From: Hemiscyllium ocellatum
Taxonomy: Eukaryota
DNA: 64,000 bases
Reading direction: 5' to 3'
Assembly: GCF_020745735.1 (NCBI RefSeq)
Contig: NC_083420.1
Span: 70,609,699 to 70,673,698 of the forward strand
Below are positions 23,945 to 36,630 of this stretch, one piece after another (position 1 is the first letter of the stretch; the number at the start of each line of letters is the position of its first letter). The notes under the pieces were generated by a model. It did not search any database and was not told where the DNA came from. It worked only from the letters and a program-made list of their open reading frames with translations. A program made the position numbers and the translations under genes.

Positions 23945-24508
23945 CTGTGAGGAAGAAAAACAAGCACATGCTACATCAGCCTGGAAGCAAAGTAATCCGT
24001 GTTAGTGAAGACACAGGGACAATATGTCGCTGTATTCAGAAATGCAATAAAATAATTGGAGCTGAAATAACAAATGGGACGATCTGAATTACTGAGAAAG
24101 TGTGTCATAAAACAAAAGGAAACCACCTTCCCCAAACACAAATATGTATATCCATAAGAACATGTAGTTTCCAAATCGTTTGAAACATTCGATCACTTGA
24201 AAGCAGAAACAAGTCACAACTTTCCGTTTCTTAATACGGAGGGTGAAAACATTGTAGTCCTCAAGGAATTTCTCCCAGTTTGTTGAAGACACACGGAGGT
24301 TGAAAATTTCTGTCTTTCAGTCTAAACTGTCATTGATCCTCTGTTGTGAAGAAACGTACACGCAGTTAAAACATACTCACCTCCTTAACTGCCTGAAGGG
24401 ATTTCGGAACACTGTATCCTTTTCCGTGTAATGGGAACACTTCCCTCAGGATCCCATTATTTGTTCAATTCACTGACATCGAGCCATTCTCATATATTGT
24501 CAGAGCTA

Positions 24509-24750
24509 GAATGTTCCGCTGAATGTCAGTCCTAGGATTTTCCAGGGAATGTCAGTTATTGAATGATTGGTATGGAATGTTCCAAGGAATGTATGTTACA
24601 GAATGTTCAGAGGAATGTCAGTTATAGATTGTTTGGTACGGCATGTTCTGGGAAATGTCACGAATAGAATGTTGGGTATATAATTTTGCAGGGAATGTCA
24701 GTGAGAGAATATCGGGTACAGAATGCTCCGGGCAATGTCAGTTGTGGAAT
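24509..24750. repeat. Degenerate minisatellite, roughly 40-bp unit
   Basis: Recurrent GAATGTTC(C)...GGAATGTCAG motifs. Confidence 0.7.
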
Positions 24751-24769
24751 ATCAAGTACAGTTTGTTCT

Positions 24770-26110
24770 GTGATATCTTCCACCGCTGCACCAGCACCAT
24801 CTCTCACTTTTTCCTTTGCTACATCAATTGTCGTACGGACGCACATCTGTTCCCACAAGGATATTGAACAGTTCATCAACTTCAACACCTTGCATCCTGA
24901 TCCCACGTACACCTGGTTCATCTGGGACACCTCACGCACTTTCTGGTCCTCTCCATCCACATCTTCTGCGACTGCCTACATGCGGGCATCTACCAGAAGC
25001 CCACCAAATCCCATAGATACCTGGACTACACCTCCCCCAACCTGCCTCCTATAAAACCTCAATCGCTTATTCTCAATTCCTCTGTCACTGCCGCATCTGT
25101 TCCCAATATGACCAATTCCACTGTGGAAACTCTCAGATAGCCTCCTTCCAAGAACGCAAATTCCCATTAAACGTAGTCGAAAATGCCCTCCACTGCATCT
25201 CCTCCATTTCCAACAGCTACGCCCTTGAACTTCATCCCTCCCAACAAAACAAGTGCAGACCTCCCTGGTCATCACCTTCCACCCCACCTTCCTCAGTATA
25301 CTGCGAATCATGGTCCATCACTTCCATTACCTACAAACAGACGCCAACACAAAGATATATATCCCTCGCCATCCCCATCTCCATTCTGGAGAGACCATTC
25401 AGCTCGCGGCTCCCTGGTTAGGTTAGCATCCACCCCCATACTACCGTCCCCTCCCAGCACCTTCCCCTGTCATCGCAAGATGCGCAATCCATCGTCAACA
25501 CCTCCTGCACCTTCTTCCAATGCCAGAAAAAGTCCTTCCATATTCAACAGACATTTACCTGCACATCCACCAATGCATTTACGGTCTCCTTTGTCGTCTC
25601 CAATACATGGGGGAGACAGGACTACAACTTGTGGATTGATTCAGCAATCAACTCTAGGTCATCCGCACCAAACAACCCCACTGTCCCGTGGCTGAACACT
25701 TCAACTGCACTTTCCACTCCACCAAGGACTTGTAGATCCTGGGGCCCCACCATCGCCAAACCCTCACCACCAGATGCCTGAACAAAAAAGACCTCATCCT
25801 TGGGTCTTTTGATGTGGATTTCACCAATTTTCTCAATTCACCTCTCACTAACTCATCCCTGTCCCAACCCTCCAACTCGGCACCACCCTCTTGACCTGTC
25901 CAGCGTCTATCCCATCTATCCGCTCCACCGTCCTCTTCAACGTATCACGTTAATCCCCATTTGCAACTATCTATTGTATTATCAGCTAGTTCACTCGCCC
26001 CCCCATATATCTCTCAGCCCCCAGCCCACATCCTCTTCCCTGATTAAGGGTTTAAGCCCCAAACGTCGATTTTCCTGCTCCTTGGATGCTACCAGAACTC
26101 CTTTTCTAGC
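24770..26110 (+). mobile_element. Penelope-like element: RT C-terminal half, GIY-YIG and 3' terminal repeat, decayed
   Basis: DIEQFINFNTLHPDPTYTWFIWDT, FWRDHS and PSTFPCHRK in the ORF track. The terminal repeat is CCTGATTAAGGG...AAACGTCGATTTTCCTGCTCCTTGGATGCT. Confidence 0.85.
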
Positions 26111-26169
26111 GCCACAGTCACGGACAAGCAAATAGCTGACAAACTAAATAATTGCTTCCGGTGAAAGTC

Positions 26170-27810
26170 ACGAGTAATATTCCAAAAAAAAATCAATAGA
26201 ATGAGGGAGCAGAACTTGGTATTGCATCCATCACCAAGGAGAAGGTGAAAGAAAAATAGAATAGCATGATGGTGGGAAAATCATCCTGACCAGATGAACT
26301 ACACCCAGAGGTTCGAAGGAAGATATCTGAAAAGGTAATGGAGGTGTTCGTGCTCATCATTCTGGAATTGCCTGAATTCCAGAGAGTCCTAGAGGATCAG
26401 CGATCTTATTAAAATTAATGTAAGGCAAAAGACATAAAATTACAGACCAATTAGTCTAAACTCAGCCGTGTGTAAGATGCTGGAATCCATTGCAAAGAAT
26501 GAGATTGCTGAATGTTTCAAATTGTATGTATGGTAACACGCGGCAAAATCAGTATGGTTTCATCAAGGGGACGTCTTATCTGTTTAATGTGCGAGAATAC
26601 ATTAATAAAGTAATGTCAGATTAGACTAAAGAGAGACAATGGATATTATCAACCTGGATTTCCAGAACGCCTTTGATCAGTTGCTGCAAAGTAGGCTACG
26701 TCTTAACATAAAGTCCCATGGTGTTAATAGCGATGTGCTAGCATGGATATAAACTTGTCTGTCTGGCAGAATGCGGAGAGTGGTGATAGCAGGGTTCTTC
26801 TCAGGACGGCAAACAGTGACAAGTGTTATTCCAGAAGACTCACTGTTGGGGCAATGACTTTAAACTTCATACATTTTCGATTCAGATGAAGGGAGTGAGG
26901 ACATTTTGCTGAAGTTTTCAAACGAAAAAATGATAGGTAGAGGGACTGGAAGCGCTGTGGAGATGGGTAGGTTTGTAGCAAGCTTTGGTCAGCTTAGGTG
27001 AGGGGGCAAAGAAGTGACAAAGGAAATACAACGTGGGGTAGTGACAGGACATGCACTTAGGTAGGAAAAATAGAGGAATGGAATATTTTCAAAATGGCTA
27101 ACAAATTCAGAAACGTGCATTGCAAATAAACTTGATAGCTCGAGTCTAGGTTTCTCTCAAGGTTATCTTACAAGTCGAGTCAGTGGTTTGGAAGGCAAAT
27201 TTATTGACGCTATTTATTTTTAGAGGTCTTGAATAAAAAAAAGGGACGTGCTTCTGTAACTCTTTCAGGGCTCACCTGACAACATTTGGAGTATTATGCG
27301 CCGTTTTAGGCTCCATATCTCAGGAAGAATGTACTGGCCCAGGAGCGTGTTCAGTAGAGTTTGATGAGGTCCCAGGCATGAAAACCTAAACACATGAAAA
27401 AAGTTTGAGAAGTACTCGATAGAGTTTAGAAGGATTACGGGGGATCTAAATGGAACATATAGATTACTTAATGGCCTGGTCAGATTGGATGCTGGAAAGA
27501 TCTTGCCATTGGTAAGAGAGACTAGGACCCGAGTGAACAGGTTTAGAGTAAAGGGAAGACCGTATATAACGGAGATAAGGACACATTTCTTCAGCCAGAG
27601 AGTGGTGAATCTATGGAATCCATTGTCAATGAATTCTGTGGATGCAGTTCATTATGTATGTTTAAGACTGAGATAGATAAGTTCATGAATATCAAGAGGA
27701 TCAAGGGCTTGTGGGAGAACGCAGGAGAATGTGTTCGAGAAACTTACAGCCATAATGAAATAGCGGAGCAGACTCGGTGGGCAGAATGTCCTAATTTCTG
27801 CTTCTAAGTC
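26170..27810 (+). mobile_element. Old CR1 LINE ORF2 fragment
   Basis: Degenerate RT segments (GATTTCCAGAACGCCTTTGA, TRTRVNRFRVKG, FFSQRVVNLWN) and a CR1 3' UTR. Confidence 0.85.
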
Positions 27811-28092
27811 TTTTGGTCCTATGTTCTACATACCTCTTTTCTACTCGCCCCTCTTGGTTCTGCTGCAGGCCTCACATTCCCTCTCTCCCTCTTCAAGCTT
27901 CTGGCTCTGCTGTCCTAACAATCGCTGCTCCATCCTTCCCACTATTAATAGTAGAGTCTTTAAACGCCTAGATTGTGTTCTCTGTCCTGATGCTATTCAT
28001 TCCTGACCCCATTGATTATTGTGCTAGGAGCATGCTGTTCAGTCACCTCACTTTTATTTTGCTGTTCACTCACTGTTGACATGATGACTTAT

Positions 28093-28481
28093 TCCTCATC
28101 ATAAAATCGAGCGTGGTCTGAAGCATGAGTTGATTCAATAGGATATTGTTTGAGAAAACGCTCTTCTGTAAAGTGGGTTGTCTGCTTCTCTCAGTCTTTG
28201 TGGAAAGTGAAGGCTGAACTGTGTGTAAGCTCTACTACCGAGGTCACGAGACCGATTGTGCCTGTTAGCCAAATGTATCCAATTTGTCCCATTTGTCCAG
28301 CTCTTACTATAAAATTCGGCAATTGTTTCCTTTCAACTGTTTGTCCAAGTTGCTTTTGAATCTGCTTCTACTCACAGGGCAGGCAGTTGTCATGAACTGC
28401 TCTCTCAAAAGTTCCCTTCTTATATCATGTTATTTGGACTCTTTGTTAAAATTGATGCAATCTAGTTGCTGACTTCCGTGC
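28093..28481 (-). pseudogene. Exon-like segment B', duplicated, product unidentified
   Basis: Acceptor TTTCTTTTTCTGCAG. Donor mutated to ATAAGT. Homologous to 30611-31005, with stops and frameshifts. Confidence 0.5.
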
Positions 28482-28548
28482 CTGCAGAAAAAGAAATGGT
28501 CCTGTATTTACTGTATCAAGCCTCATTTACTTTCAACACGTCATGGAA

Positions 28549-28936
28549 TTAGAGTCCAGAGTGTCAAGCTGAAAGAGCCCACAGGCAGCATCCAAGGAGC
28601 AAGAAAATCGATGAGCCAGTCATAAGCCCTTCATCAGGAATGACGCTTGTGGGCTGAGGAATAAATGGGCGGTGGTGTGGGCGGGGCGAAGCTAGCAGGG
28701 AATGGGATCGGTACATGAATTTAGGAGTGTAAGTGATAGTTCAGAGGCGTTGATGGAGCGGACAGATGGGAAGCAAGATGGCCAGGGTGGACCTTTCAAG
28801 AAGGCGGTGTCGAGTTGGAGGCTTGGGAATGGGATAAGTTTCGGGGAGAGCCTTAGATGCTGCCTGACATGCTGTGCTTTTCCAGAACCACACTCTTGAC
28901 TTTGATCTCCAGCAGCTGCAGTTCTTGTTTTCGCCT
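28549..28936. mobile_element. Non-autonomous Penelope-derived mini-element made mostly of terminal repeats
   Basis: GGCAGCATCCAAGGAGCAAGAAAATCGA...TTCATCAGGAATG at the left end and GATGCTGCCTGAC...CTCCAGCA...TGCAGTTC at the right end. It occupies the same position as 32007-32399 in the duplicated unit. Confidence 0.7.
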
Positions 28937-29710
28937 ACATCACCTTCTAACACGAGAGGAGAAGAATGTTTAGACTATCTAAACTATCTAAATGCTGTCT
29001 TTTCGTTGAGTGATCGAGTTACTCCCACCTCTCCCCTACGACACCAGGGCCTCACAGGCTTATTTCCGTCAAGACCCCATACCTCCCGCCATTGCAATCG
29101 CTAATTGTCTCCACTTATTTTGCCGGAATGACCCTAATTTCTAAGTCATTACCTATCTCTTTTTAAAACAAAGGTCTTCCTCAAATCCAGCATCTGTTGT
29201 TCAACGAATTATCAGATAATTTCATTGGAAAGACGGGATCTTTTGCCACACAAAGTGTGCCCTGGTCACTGTTAGAAATTGCCACGGACAGATACACCTT
29301 TCGCAGGCAGATTGTTCATTCGGGCTATGGTTTTTTCCACTCACTTTTCTGTTCCCTTGCTACCTGCTACAGTTTCAGTCTATCAGTTGAATCAGGTGGA
29401 AATGGTCAACCTTGCTCCATAGTGATGGTTCTGAGCAACGCTTGGTGATGTACTTTGAAGTCCCCAAATGAGAGTTTATCCAGCATCCTTCTGACCCCCA
29501 GCGCTCCCTCCAAGTACACATGGAGGAGGACGTACTGTTTACGTGAGTCTTTCATCCCCATGTTTGATTTAAGATGTCATAGTTTTTCATAACTAACGTT
29601 TAGGGCTCCCATAGTAACTCCTTTCTGACAGCATACACCATTGTGTTGCTATACCTGCTCGGTCTAACTTACTAGTTAAAAACAGAATGACAGAACAATT
29701 CTTTGCATAC

Positions 29711-29834
29711 TTCACAGCTCAGAGACAGAGCTGCTGCTGCTGCCGCTTCTGCTGGATTCAATTTCTAATATGCAAGTGCATGCGTGTGTGTTTTTGAGAG
29801 AGTGACTGACATGTTTCCCATCACTGTGGTGGTT
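29711..29834 (-). pseudogene. Exon-like segment A', duplicated, product unidentified
   Basis: Ends ...AAAALSLSCE|GTATGC. Acceptor degenerate (AA). Homologous to 33218-33329. Contains an internal stop. Confidence 0.4.
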
Positions 29835-30610
29835 TTGTAAGAAAAAAGAATATCAGGGGCATTTTTGTTGACAGAATGTAAAGCTATCACCAAGTCTGCA
29901 CTTTGTTTCCCAAAAGCAGAGGTTATCACATTGTGAGCAGTGAATGCAGTTATAAGTGCAGGTAAATTGTTTTCACCTCGAAGTTATGTTTGCAGCCTTG
30001 AATATTGAGGATAAATGGGGTAAATGGGCAGGTATTGCACTCTCGACAGTTGCGGGGGAGAAGCTATTCGGCCGTGTGTGTGTATTGGGAACATAATGAG
30101 AGTGGACGAGAGAGTCCCGGAGATGCCCCCCATCTCTGTGTCATCTTAAGTTAAAATACATTTGCTTCTTTCCTCAAAGTCATTAACTAATCTCCAAGCA
30201 ACGCCAATTATTTCAGGCCACCAATCTGGAAAAGAACTCTTGTCACCACTTACTGTTTCCTGCTCAATCGCCAACTATTTATACATGCCAGCACACTACC
30301 AGCAACATCGCAGACTCTGAAGCCTTTTGGACTTCCAATTCCAACAAATCTACTGGTTTCCCTCTGTCCGTTCTCGATGAGGCTTATTTGATAAACCCTC
30401 ACAATATAGTCAGCCATGATATCTCTTTCATGGCTGAATTTGTTTGATTAGATTATGATTTTTCAAATGTTCTGCGACCACTTACTAAGAGAAAATATAT
30501 CACAATTTTAAACAATGTATGTTACCGTAATCAGTCAATAATTACTGACATTTTAGTGAAATAATTAAAACGATAGTTCTCTGCTCCCTTATGTTGTTAT
30601 AATGACTTAC

Positions 30611-31005
30611 TCCTCATCAGCAAATCTATTGTGCACTGAACTATGAGTTGTTTCAAGAACATATTGCGTGAGAAAAGTTCTTCTGTAAACTGGATTGTCT
30701 GCTTCTACCAGTCTTTTGTAAAGGTGAGACAGAAATTTGTGTAAGCTCGACAACAGACAGAGCTCACTCGACCGATTGTGACTGTTAGTCAAAGTTATCC
30801 AATTTGTCCAGCTCATTAGGTGAAATCCTGCAATTGATTGCTTTTCAGATGTTTTACCAATTGTTATTTTGAAAGTTGTTTTTGAATCCGCTTCTAGTCA
30901 CATTGCTGACAGCTATCATGAACTCGTTGTATAATAAAGTTGCCTTCTCTTTTGTTTTTTCGACTCTTCGTTAAACGTGTACAATCTGGTTTCTGACCCT
31001 TCTGT
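30611..31005 (-). pseudogene. Exon-like segment B, duplicated, product unidentified
   Basis: Acceptor TTGTTCCTTCAG and donor GTAAGT are intact. The 3' part reads RLVEADNPVYRRTFLTQYVLETTHSSVHNRFADE. There are stops upstream. Confidence 0.55.
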
Positions 31006-31073
31006 CTGAAGGAACAATTTGTCCTGTATTTACTGCAACAAATCTCGCTAACTTTGAACACATCATGGAATTA

Positions 31074-32006
31074 AATGATTTCGATGTGAGCATAAGACAT
31101 ATAGATACTGAGTTTGCAGATGACAACAAAAGAGAAGGTGCAGTGGACAGCGAAGAAGGTTCTCTCAGATTACAACTGGAACTTGATCAGATGGCCCAAT
31201 AGGCTGAGGAGTGGCAAATGGAGTTTAATTTAGATAAATGTAAGGTACTGCATGTTGGGAAAGCAAATATTAGCAGGATTCTTAACGGCAATATCACAGG
31301 GAGGGTTACTGAACAAAGAGAACTTGGAGTACAGGTTCGTAACTCCTTAAAAGTTGAGTCGCATGAAGATGGGAAAGTCAAGAAGGTGTTTGGTATGCTT
31401 TCCGCTATTGGTCAGAGAATTGAGTACAGGAGTTGGGAGGTCATGTTGTGGCTGTAAACGACACTGGTGCGGCCACTTTTGGAATATTGAGTTCAATTTT
31501 GAGGTCTCCTTCCTATCGGACGGATGTTGTGAAACTTGGAAGGGTTCAGAAAAGATTTACAATGATGTTGCCAGAGTTTGAGGATTTGAGCTGTAGGGTG
31601 AGTTTGAATAGACTGGAGTTGTTTTCCCTGGAGTGTCGGAGACTGAGGGGTGACCTTATAGAGATTTGTAAAATTATGATGGCTTGGATAGGATAACTAG
31701 ACAAAGTTGCTTCCCTGGGTGTGGGAGTCCAGAACTAGAGGGCGTGGGTTTATGGTGAGAGAGGAAAGATACAAAAGACACTTAAGGAGTAACATTTTTC
31801 ACGCAGAGGGTGGTACAAGCATGGAGTGAGCTGCCAGAGGAAGTGGTGGAAGCTGGCATAATTGCAAAATTAAATGCGTATTGATATATGGGTATATGAA
31901 CAGGAAAGATTTGGAAGGCATTGGGCCAGATGTTGGGCAGGAGGGATTAGATGGGCTTGGGTTATCTGATTGGCATGGAAGAGTTGAACCGAATTGTCTG
32001 TTTCTG
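31074..32006 (+). mobile_element. Old CR1 LINE 3' fragment
   Basis: EFADDNK, MEFNLDKCKVLHVGK, LGRVQKRFTMMLP and RLRGDLIE. Confidence 0.9.
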
Positions 32007-32399
32007 TGGTGGACATTAGTGTCAAGAATGTGCTGCTGGAAAAGCACAGAAGGTCAGGCATCATCCAAGGAGCCGGAAAGTCGACCTATCTGTCATAATT
32101 CCTTCGTCAGGAATGACATCTGTGGGCTGAGAAATAAATAGGAGGTGTAGTGGTGGGGGAAAGGTGGCTGTGAAAGTGATAGATAGATGAAGAAACAGTC
32201 ATAGTTTGGATAGGTGGGTGCAGCGGACAGGAGGGCTTTTAAATGGATAGATAGGACTGGTAAAGAGGGCAATTCCAATTTGGAAGCTTGGAACTTGGAA
32301 AGGTTTTGGGAGTGGTCTTTGAATGCTGCCTGACTTGTGTTTTTCTAGCACGACACTCTCGATTCTGCTGTCCAGCATTTGCAGTTCTCATGTCCACCT
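32007..32399. mobile_element. Penelope-derived mini-element, paralog of 28549-28936
   Basis: Same terminal repeats. The 11-bp direct repeat ACATCATGGAA at 31060-31070 and 32400-32410 flanks the CR1 plus mini-element block. Confidence 0.7.
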
Positions 32400-33217
32400 A
32401 CATCATGGAACCAGACCTTCTAATATCAGAGGAGCACATTATTCAGAATATCAAGTAAATGCTCATTTCATGAAGCGATCCAGTCACTCCCAACCCTCGC
32501 CTACTCCACCGCTAGATCCACACAGGTTTATTTCCATTAACATACCATGCAACCTGCCATTGCAATAATAAATCTTCTCCACTTTCCTTACCTGAATGAC
32601 ACTAATTTCCAAGTCATTACCAATTGCTCTTAAAAAAATTCTTCCTCCCATCGCAGATATGTTGCCCAACATTACTTCAGATATACTCAGTATTGAATTG
32701 TACTTTTTCTCGATCCGGACTCTGCGCTGATCATTTTACTGAAGCTGTCACGGATATATGCACCTTCCGCTGGTAGATTGGTCAGAATGGGTGTGGATAT
32801 GATTGTCGCGCGTGTTCGTTCCCTCACTCTCTGCTAAGTTCGAGTCTATCATCTGAATCAGGTGGAAATGGGCAACTGTGCACCTTGTAACGCTCCTTAA
32901 TAACTCTTGATGATCAATTTGAAGTCCATGTAGGAGAGTCTATCCAGCATCCATCTCACCCTCAGTGCTCCCTCCAACATGGAGGAGTATTTATTGTTCT
33001 GGTGTGTTTGCAGGCGACGGCGGTGCTGTGTGGAGATCAGCAGGATGTTTCCTTCCTCATGTTTGACCAGCTGCAATGAGACGCCATGGGTTCCATAGCA
33101 AATGGTGGGGGCACGCAGAGTGATGCCCTTGCGACTGTATGCAACAGTATGCTGCTAAGCCCCCTCGTCTATCTCGCCAGTAAACAAAAACAGAAAAAGA
33201 GAACAGTCTTTGCATAC

Positions 33218-33329
33218 TTCACAGCTTAAAGATAGAGCTGCTGCCGCTGGAATAATTTTCTGATCTCTGAGTGCAGGCGCTAGTGTTTTTAAGAGAGTGA
33301 CTGACACTTTCCCCATCACTGTGATGTTT
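33218..33329 (-). pseudogene. Exon-like segment A, product unidentified
   Basis: Acceptor TTATTTTTTGCAG and donor GTATGC. One frame is open: NITVMGKVSVTLLKTLAPALRDQKIIPAAAALSLSCE. Confidence 0.45.
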
Positions 33330-34129
33330 CTGCAAAAAATAAGGAAGAGTCACAATAGCACGGAATTGCCTCCTCTTGTGCTGTCAGATACAGAGAGTGA
33401 AAGCCATTCACAGTTTTCTCCTATCTCAGTAAGAAACGTCTCAGCTGCTCTCTGCTCCTCCCTTCATTTCCACTATTGATGACGTTTCAACCTTACGATC
33501 TGTCAGAATTTGCAGTTTGTTTTGTTTTTTACACTGGGGCTGTGTGTTCTGGTCAGAATCTCTATTAATAATCGTCAAATCAATGGAACTTATGGCAGGT
33601 AAGAGCAGTCAATACTGTGGATCCAAGATCTCACTGAGAAATATAATGCGAAGTTCACGTCGATCCACTTAGCTCCCAGGAGAAACTCATCCCTCTCTCT
33701 GAGCATGGTCTTCTACTTATCCAGACTCTATGCAGCCTTGGTCTAATCTTAGAAGATGATATGAGGACCACGTCCTCCACATCACAAACATCAGCCACTA
33801 AAAATCTCAGCCTTGTCTTTCGGACTCCAAACGTGAGCATTCCCAAGTTAACCTTACGATATCACAGCATTCACCACCTTCGGGAAATTTGGACTCATTT
33901 CAAACTCTGCTACTCATATCTGAACTCACACCAAGTCCCATTCCCCGATCCCGCCCCTGTGCTTACTCTGCTTATTGGCTCACAATTCAGCAGCAACTGG
34001 ATTTTCAAATTCCCATCATTGTTTGATAAGTTTCCCTACAGTGTGGCAATAGGCCATTTACCTCAACAAGTCCACACCGAACCTTCGAATAGTCACCCAC
34101 TAAGCCTTATTTTTCTTCATTTGCTCGTG

Positions 34130-34342
34130 CCTAATGCACCGAACGCTATGGGGAATTTAGCATGGCCAATTCACCTGATCTGGACATTGTTTGGAATGTG
34201 GGATGAAACCAGAGCACCCGGAGGAAACTCACAGAGACACAGGGAGAATTTGCAAACTCCACACAATCACCCAAGGCAGGACTCCATCTCAGGTCACTGG
34301 CGCTGTGTGGAGCATTGTTAACCACAGAGCCACCATGTCGCC
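34130..34342 (-). mobile_element. HE1-like V-SINE
   Basis: Reverse complement has GGGCGACATGGTGGCTCTGTGGTTA and the V core. Confidence 0.85.
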
Positions 34343-34769
34343 CACCGTGTAATCAAACCCATGCTTGTCCTGAACCACCATATCTCTGTAACGTCCTCCA
34401 GCATGCTCAGTAACCTTGGATGCATGGTGCTCTACTCTTTCATCCAAGTCATTGGGAAATATCATGAAAAGCTTAGGTCCCAGCACAGATTCATGGTGAC
34501 ACGACTATTCACGCAGTATATCTCCTGGACCCAAGCAATTACTCTTCATTAATTGCATATCTTTCCATGTTGATGAGGAGTCTGTCAAACAGAGAAATAT
34601 AAAAAAAAGGAGCAAGCATAGGGATTTCGCCCTACTCTGTAATTTATGACGAACATGGCTGGTCATTCAATTCAGTCCCCTGATCCCGCTTTCTACCAAA
34701 ACCCTTTGATCCCGTCAGATTGAAGAACTGGAGCGAGCTCCTCATTACAAATGTTCGATGTTTTGGGCT

Positions 34770-35560
34770 CATACAGAAATAAACGTTGCTGGAAAGGTTC
34801 AAAACGTTGAGAAATATCTGTGAAAAGAAATCAGCGTTGACATTTTGTGTTCGGTGAACCCTCCTCAGGACTGATGATAGCTCTGAAAATGCTAATTTGT
34901 GTGCCGAAGATAGGGTGGGTGAGTGCAGTGAGGTGTAATCAATATTTGGAAAGAGGGACCAAAAAGATCAAAGTACAGTTGATTATATAAAGCAGTGGAT
35001 AATGATTTGGTTAGTCGAGTGAAAAACTAGTAATGGAGACGTTTCGTGTCTATGTATTTCAGACTATGTGATGATAAGGCTTGAAGTGTGGGTCTGAGCG
35101 CTAGGACTTGGGAGAAATCAAGCCGAAAATTATTGAACGCAACATTGAGTCAGGAGAGCTCTAAGGCCCCAAGGGGAAAATGCGGTGTTCTTCAACATGC
35201 ACTGGTATTCATTGGAACATTTCAAAAAGCTCGTGACAGAAATATTGCGCTAAAATGACAGGCAACTGAAAAGACAGGGCTATTTTTGTGGGCAGTGCAG
35301 ACGTTTTGTAAATCGAACACTCAGTCTACACGTCGTTTCTCAAATTTAGAGGATGCCACATGTGAGCAGTGAATGCAATAGACTAGATTTCGAGAATTGC
35401 AGATAAATTGTTGCGTCACCTAGAATGCATGTTTGGGTCCTTGGATGCTGATGAAGGAGGAGGGAAGTTGCGAGGGGGTGTACGGGTGTGTTGGGAGTGA
35501 AGAAAGCATGGACCAGAGAGTTCTGGAGATGGTCCTTTTTTGTGTCATCTCAAAACATGG
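34770..35560 (-). mobile_element. Penelope-like fragment (GIY-YIG C-terminus and terminal repeat), heavily decayed
   Basis: Similar to 59575-60360. Minus strand reads ...EEHRIFPLGALE.... Confidence 0.6.
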
Positions 35561-36630
35561 AAGAAGTACGTTTGCTTTCTTTCCAAGTTATTAACCTGTG
35601 ACTATCGATTATACAAATGTCTCAGCAAGAGGCCCAGCAATCACTTGGGCCTCTTGCTGAGATCTTCCCACTATTGTGAGGGAAATTGTTTTCGGGAAAT
35701 TGATGGAATTAAAGTTTAATAAAGTCACTGGACAAATAATTTACATCCCAAAATACTCCAGAAGGTGGTACATAAGTTGTTGAAATAATGGTGTTCATCT
35801 ATCACGGTTCTCTTTTTTCAGGTAATGTTCCTTCAAGTTGCAGGTTTGCTCATAAGATCTCAGAATTGAAAAAGGTCGTGAGAGAGAAAACAGCAAGTTT
35901 CCGGCCGTTCTGCCTAACGGTGTTATTGGGGGAAAATACTCGAATTCATGACTAAACAGAGTTGTATAATTATACAAGAGACATGGGCAAAATGAATACA
36001 AAACAGCTTGTTCTTGTTTGTCAAAAGGTCAATACCAGGTTGGTAACCATTCAATCGGAAAAACAGAAGGTTTAGAGGGGAGTTGAGGAGCAGGTTTTAC
36101 CCACAAGGTATTGGGGATCTGGAATGTACTGCTTGAGCTAGAGATGGTGGTGGGAAACCTCATAACATTCAAAGCGTACTTGGATAAATACTTAAAATAT
36201 CATAGCATTTAAATCCATGCGCCCTATGTTGCAAGTGGGGCTAGTGTAGGCTTAGGTTGACTGGCATTGATTCAATTGTCCGATGGGACTCTTCTAACGG
36301 TATAATTTCGTCGCACTATTGTGAGCAGTTTTGATTTCCTTATCTGAGGAAAGATGTTCGGGCTGTGCAGGAAGGGCACAAATCTAACTGATTCCTGGGA
36401 TGACAGGACTCATATCTGATGAAAAACTGGATAGGTTATGAATATACAATATTCACTGGAGTTCAGAAGATTGAAGTGAGTTACACTGAAAGCTTCAAAA
36501 CCCTAAGAGGACAAGGTAGGAAGAATATAGGAAGGATATTTCTGACGACTGGAGAGTCCAAAACCAAGCTTTACTGTACTAAGTCATGCAAAGGATATTT
36601 GAGAATGAGAATGGGAGAATTGAACCCTGC

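Noticed and set aside
24341-24480. Strong minus-strand donor GTGAGTATG with a nearby acceptor, and ORF 24089-24292
   Set aside because: The implied intron is only 40 nt, upstream frames have stops, and no protein family is recognisable.
24509-24750. Spaced repeats superficially like a CRISPR array
   Set aside because: Degenerate vertebrate minisatellite with no identical repeats, unique spacers or cas genes.
33324-33420. Minus-strand peptide AQEEAIPCYC just before a CACAGTG heptamer, resembling a V-domain end
   Set aside because: Spacing does not fit DxAxYYC, and no upstream Cys/Trp framework is present.
35821-36030. Exon-like + strand segment after CTCTTTTTTCAG
   Set aside because: It has an internal stop, no recognisable homology and no partner exon.
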